Assembly (NCBI GenBank): GCA_040219255.1
Contig: JAVJSW010000042.1
Span: forward strand, 128,001 to 192,000
DNA from: Sumerlaeia bacterium
GTDB taxonomy: Bacteria; Sumerlaeota; Sumerlaeia; SLMS01; JAHLLQ01
Direction: 5' to 3'
DNA: 64,000 nt
Shown here: positions 59,669-64,000 of the stretch, piece after piece
Layout of the letters: every line of letters starts with the position of its first letter
How positions within the stretch are numbered: the stretch's first letter is position 1
Notes under the pieces: generated by a model
Told to the model about the DNA's origin: nothing
Databases searched by the model: none
Seen by the model: only the letters and a program-made list of their open reading frames with translations
Position numbers and translations under genes: made by a program

Positions 59669-59737
59669 GGACGCCGGAACTCCTCTTCGTACCGTTATGA
59701 AGAGGACTGACCGGCGGGCGCAAGGTTGGTCCGGGAG

Positions 59738-59780
59738 AAAAAAATGGAGCCTCCACCAGCGATTGCGGCGGAGGCTTTTT
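59738..59780. terminator. Probable terminator hairpin
   Basis: AGCCTCC / GGAGGCT stem flanked by A7 upstream and a T tract downstream. Confidence 0.6.
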
Positions 59781-59813
59781 CTTGCCGGGTTGGCGGGCGA
59801 AGTGCGGGAGGCT

Positions 59814-60506
59814 TTAGAACTGCTTCCAGCCTTCGACGGAAGCGTTGGCGTTGGTGGCGCCAGGGGTTGCGAGGTCGGGGAGGGTGGCGGCCGGCGGGAA
59901 GTCCAGGGCCTGCCAGGCGCCGGAGCCGTCGGTATCGCGGTAACCGCCGGCTTCGATAAAGAAGTTGTCCGGGTCGGGGCCGAAAATGATATCGGCGGTC
60001 TGGCTCAGAGGAACGAAAACGCCTTCGAGGTTATCGACATCGCCGGAGGGTTGATCGACGAGGTAGAGAATATCGATAATGTCGGCGCCGTTGTTGTATT
60101 CGGTTCCGTCGTAATTGGTGTCGGCGGCGCTGAAGTCGGAGGTGTTGACAAGGAGGATTTCCTGCAAACCGTCGCGCAGGAAGAACTGGTCGTCGGCCAC
60201 CTGGTCGCCCGCGGGAGAGAAGCTCTCGGAGGTGTAGATGTCGTTGACGAGGAGGAAGAAGTTGCCGGTGGCGGTTCCAGTCAGGGTCTGGGACGAAGAG
60301 ACATCGCCGTTGCTGGTGCGGACCGCGACGAGCGTCAGACCGGTGACGGACTGGCCGGCGGTGGGGTTGTACAGTTCGACGAACTGGACGTCGATGCCGC
60401 CGTCGGTGTCGGCAAGGACTTCGTTGAGTTGCCATTGGGCGCTGACGGTGGTGGCGATGCCGATCAGGCAGGCCACGAGGACCATGGAAAGATTCTTCAT
60501 TTTCAT
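59814..60506 (-). CDS. Secreted acidic protein with lamin-tail-like domain
   Basis: Signal peptide; LNEV..QFVELYN and ATPGATN are lamin-tail-domain-like hallmarks; C-terminal ASVEGWKQF. Confidence 0.65.
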   Translation of the reverse strand: MKMKNLSMVLVACLIGIATTVSAQWQLNEVLADTDGGIDVQFVELYNPTAGQSVTGLTLVAVRTSNGDVSSSQTLTGTATGNFFLLVNDIYTSESFSPAGDQVADDQFFLRDGLQEILLVNTSDFSAADTNYDGTEYNNGADIIDILYLVDQPSGDVDNLEGVFVPLSQTADIIFGPDPDNFFIEAGGYRDTDGSGAWQALDFPPAATLPDLATPGATNANASVEGWKQF

Positions 60507-60643
60507 CGAAGAACTCCTTTGGAGAGGGGACTCCTGTAATGCACAGGTAGTGAAAGACATAAGAAAACCGTCAGAAGCATGCAAGAACAATATGACTTGC
60601 GATGCAAAATTCCGACGGTTAAGGGTGAATTTGGTTTTCTCTA

Positions 60644-61834
60644 TTATTCGGCAACTATTTGCGCCGGTTCGGTGAGGGTGACGGGGATGGGGGCCAGGAA
60701 GCGGCGTCCCTTGTTGAGGTAGAGTTCAAAGTCGTTGACGGTGTCGGCGAAATCGTCGGCGGGGCGGTCTTTGGCAAAGGCGCGGGCGAGGCCCTGGGTG
60801 AGGTCCACGAGCGCTTCCGCATCCGTCAGGTCGACGATTTCCGGGCCGACGAGCCGGGTGTCTTTGTGCATGTTGTGGTAGTGGCGCACGGGGGCGCAGA
60901 TGCCGCCGGCGCGGCGTCCGGCGCGGGCAAAGGCCGTGGCTTCGCAGGTGCCACCATCCATGAGGGCTCGCCTGGCGTTGACGCCGTAGCGCCACACCAA
61001 GCCGCGAAGCGCGTCGGCCACGGCTCCGTCGAAGGTTGTGGATTTGTCTCCGATGCGGATGACAGCGCCGTCGCCGAGGCGGACATCGGGCCGTTCGCTG
61101 CTGATTTCGATGGAGACGAACACGCTGTCGTCGGGGATGAGGCGGGGCAGTTTGGTTTCCTCGAGGAGACAGAGGACGCCACAGAAGCCCGCTTCTTCGG
61201 CTCGGGAGAAAATGGCCGCCACGTCCACGTCCTTCTCGCGCGAGAGTCGGTCGAGGGCTTCCACGAGAACGGCGGCGCCGACGAGGTCGTCGCAGGCGCG
61301 TCCGTACACGCGGTCGCCGGAAATGACGCAGGGTTCCACATCCCACATGCCCAGGACGGCATCCGCGGGGTCGGCCATGGCTTCCAGGATGACGCGGCGG
61401 TTGTCGGTGAGGGGGCTGAGGGGAGTGGCTTCCACGACGGCGGCGGGGATGCCTTCGTCGTGGGCGTGGCGATAGAGGCGAACGAGGGAGCCGGGGGCGA
61501 AGAATTCATCGTCCACGAGGCCCTCGAAGGTTGCTTCGACGCGGTTTTTGGACCCGTCCAACACCTTGGCGAGACCGGGCCGGTCATCGGGCGCGGTGAA
61601 GAGAAAACCGGGGTGATCGAGATGAGCCACAAAGGTCGCCGCCACGCCCGTCGGATTGCCTTTCCGGATACGGGCGATGCGATTGCCGAAGGCATCCGAC
61701 TCGAACTGGAGGCCGGGGATTTCGGCGAGCAGTTGATCCAGCGCGGAGCAAGCCCACTGTTCGCGGAAGGGGGCGGTCGGCGCTTCGAGAAGGGTGCGTA
61801 TTCGGCGAATCAATGAATGAGCGGACACGAGCAT
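60644..61834 (-). CDS. M20/M28/M42-family metallo-hydrolase
   Basis: DAFGN, AHLDHPG, RACDDLVG, RAEEAG, GGTCEA and HYHN metal ligands. Confidence 0.8.
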   Translation of the reverse strand: MLVSAHSLIRRIRTLLEAPTAPFREQWACSALDQLLAEIPGLQFESDAFGNRIARIRKGNPTGVAATFVAHLDHPGFLFTAPDDRPGLAKVLDGSKNRVEATFEGLVDDEFFAPGSLVRLYRHAHDEGIPAAVVEATPLSPLTDNRRVILEAMADPADAVLGMWDVEPCVISGDRVYGRACDDLVGAAVLVEALDRLSREKDVDVAAIFSRAEEAGFCGVLCLLEETKLPRLIPDDSVFVSIEISSERPDVRLGDGAVIRIGDKSTTFDGAVADALRGLVWRYGVNARRALMDGGTCEATAFARAGRRAGGICAPVRHYHNMHKDTRLVGPEIVDLTDAEALVDLTQGLARAFAKDRPADDFADTVNDFELYLNKGRRFLAPIPVTLTEPAQIVAE

Positions 61835-61973
61835 TCAGGCCTTTCGGCATGGGAATTCAAGGGGACAAAGGGCTGTCGGAGAACAGCGTTGGGCGTTCCT
61901 CGCCAACCTAAGGGAGCGGGCGTAGGGTCACCGGGGGTTCGCGGGGTTCGATTGCGGTTGAGGATGGAGGCGA

Positions 61974-62672
61974 TCAGTTCGCGCCCAGGACGCTGTCGGA
62001 GGCCTTCTGGGTGCGGATGATGTCGCCGCCGGAGACGCTGCCGTTGGTGGGATCGTAGGGGGTGAGGAGATCGATCGTGCCGCTGGAAAGGGCATAGGGT
62101 TCCAGGTTGCGCTGTTTGTCCGGGCCGAGGGAGGCCATGGTCCAGTATCCTTCCAGCGGGACGACGACATCTTCGAAAGAGGTCGTACGGCGCTGGTACT
62201 GGTTGTCATTGTAGTAGAAGCGCTGACCGGCGATGGGGTCGTTCCATTCGTTGTCGTAGACCGGATCGGCGGCCCCGCTGGGCGGGCTGTTGTAGTTGAA
62301 CACCGTTCCGCCAGCGCTGTAGGACTGGAAGTCGCCGAGTTCCGAAACGAAGGGGTCGAGGATGTTGGCGTTCGTGATATAGGCGATGGGGGTGGAAAGG
62401 CGGCTGGGGACGACGCGCAGAATTCCGGCTGTGCCGCTGTGAAGGGGAACGGGCGGGTACTTGTTGTTGTCCACGCGGTAGGATTCGAGGGCGGTGGCGA
62501 CGCTGCGCATGTCGGCTTTGACGCGGCTGACTTTCGAGCGGGTTTGGGCTTCGAGGAAGTTGGGAACGGCGATAGCCGCCAGGATCGCAATAATCGCGAC
62601 CACAATGAGAAGTTCAATGAGGGTGAAGGCGCGGCGAGGGCCCTTGTTTTGGTTGGAGGTGAGGATACCCAT
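61974..62672 (-). CDS. Prepilin-type N-terminal cleavage/methylation domain protein (pilin/pseudopilin-like)
   Basis: RRA|FTLIELLIVVAIIAILAAIAVPNF; ALESYRVDNNKYP; SLGPD; YDPTNGSVSGGDI. Confidence 0.9.
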   Translation of the reverse strand: MGILTSNQNKGPRRAFTLIELLIVVAIIAILAAIAVPNFLEAQTRSKVSRVKADMRSVATALESYRVDNNKYPPVPLHSGTAGILRVVPSRLSTPIAYITNANILDPFVSELGDFQSYSAGGTVFNYNSPPSGAADPVYDNEWNDPIAGQRFYYNDNQYQRRTTSFEDVVVPLEGYWTMASLGPDKQRNLEPYALSSGTIDLLTPYDPTNGSVSGGDIIRTQKASDSVLGAN

Positions 62673-63079
62673 GGGTGCGGTTCCTTTCGCGGAAGGGGGT
62701 GGGTTGAGCGACGGACTCGTGAATTCCGTTGTGATAGGAGACTGCTAACAAATCGGCAACGATCTTCCAAGGAATTTTCCGTGGGAGTATCAAAAATTTC
62801 TTTCGATCCAGTTTTCAAGACTCTGTAGAAAACAGTTAAGTTGTTCTTTTGTAGTCATTCGGACAGATCCTGTCTTCTCCAAATTTTCCCTCTTGGTGCG
62901 CTCCAAAAACTTTTTTTGCACTCGACGTCAAAATTTTCCTTGGCTTTCCGTTCGTCGATGCCTAACAGATGCGTCCATCGAATCACCGAACCGGAACGGC
63001 TCGGGCCCCAGCGGATCGTCCCCCCTCGTTCACCGCTCCGCCGCCCAAAGCGTCCATTCACCGCGAGAGGATCGGACCC

Positions 63080-64000
63080 ATGAACTATAAGCAGCTCGAA
63101 GCGCTGATCTATGTGACCCGCAACGGCACCTTCAAGCAGGCCGCCGAATCTTTGTACTTCGACTCCTCGGGCGAGGAGTACATCACGCCGGAGTCGATCC
63201 AGTACCGTATCAAGCAACTGGAGCAGGAGTTGGGCGTTTCGCTTTACCGCAAGCGGCAGGGCTCGAGCCGGGTGCTCCTGACGCGCGAGGGGCAGTTGTT
63301 CCTCCGCGAGGCTCTCGAGGTGTTCTCGCGCATGAGCGAGTGGCGCTCGATGTTCCTGGAGAGCGAGAAGGGCCGGCTGACCTTTGCCACGACGCAGACG
63401 GTGCTGATCCACCGCATGGTGGACGCGATCCGGGAATTCCATACGCGGCATCCCAATGTGCGGGTGCAGGCGCTGAACGCGACGGCGGCGGAGATGGAGA
63501 ATCTGGTGGGCGAAGGTCGCATCGATTTCGGCATTTCGACCCGCCAGCCGGAAACCGGCGAGCTGGAGTATGTGCCGTGGAAGAAGTCGCCGATGGTGCT
63601 GGTGCTACCCAAGGGGCACGCGCTGTCGGGCCGTCGCGATGTGAGCCTGATGGAAATCGCCGATCATCCGCTGATTCTGCTGGAGCCGGAAATGCGCGGC
63701 GACCGCGAGTTGGTGGACGAGTCGTTCCGCAAGGCGGGCATCAAGCGGCCGAACGTGGTGATCGAGACGAGCAATTCGGAAGTGATCCTGACGTACGTCG
63801 AAGCGGGTATCGGCGTGAGCGTCATCGCCGAGACGAATTTGGCGAACACGCGGCGCGAGGTGGACTTCGTCCGTCTCGATCCGAAGGTGATCGGCAAGAC
63901 GGAAGTGGGCTTGCTGGTGCGCGAAGGTCAGTTCCTCTCCTTCCGCGCACGGGAGTTTCTCACGTTCCTCGATCCCTCTTTCCGCGACTGGCTGGCCGAG
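63080..64000 (+). CDS. LysR family transcriptional regulator (3' truncated by window; absent from the ORF track)
   Basis: Manual translation MNYKQLEALIYVTRNGTFKQAAESLYFDSSGEEYITPESIQYRIKQLEQELGVSLYRK..LLTREG; GRIDFGI; VEAGIGVSVI. Confidence 0.88.
   Translation, partial: MNYKQLEALIYVTRNGTFKQAAESLYFDSSGEEYITPESIQYRIKQLEQELGVSLYRKRQGSSRVLLTREGQLFLREALEVFSRMSEWRSMFLESEKGRLTFATTQTVLIHRMVDAIREFHTRHPNVRVQALNATAAEMENLVGEGRIDFGISTRQPETGELEYVPWKKSPMVLVLPKGHALSGRRDVSLMEIADHPLILLEPEMRGDRELVDESFRKAGIKRPNVVIETSNSEVILTYVEAGIGVSVIAETNLANTRREVDFVRLDPKVIGKTEVGLLVREGQFLSFRAREFLTFLDPSFRDWLAE

Overview
A GC-rich bacterial window of about 55 genes, mostly housekeeping. The prepilin-like protein family, the dockerin-like tail and the 'SVxxWxxF' C-terminal tail suggest Ca. 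Sumerlaeota (BRC1) or a PVC-like lineage; this is an inference. The main blocks are: (1) a GH57 branching enzyme; (2) a lone restriction-modification fusion enzyme next to tRNA-Thr(CGT); (3) ettA, dut, pilT and a WecA-like transferase; (4) an orphan MalK ATPase; (5) ndh, mqnE and tmk; (6) a pyrBCKDFE operon; (7) a secreted GH13 amylase plus sugar ABC transporter whose MalG-type permease carries a CBM48-like insert; (8) speA with a candidate leader peptide; (9) HtrA plus a catalytically dead paralog; (10) an lpoB/ycfL lipoprotein operon; (11) ispE, xdhC, two GYF-like membrane proteins and lpdA; (12) vapBC and GalE fused to a PilB/GspE N-terminal-like domain; (13) bshC, xseA, a phosphatase-like/cytochrome c' fusion, a pilin-like protein and a partial LysR. 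I saw no CRISPR array, rRNA, integrase or transposase. The best novelty candidates are the speA leader uORF/hairpin, the CBM-bearing ABC permease and the GalE-T2SSE_N fusion. All family calls come from motif recognition by eye; no database searches were run.
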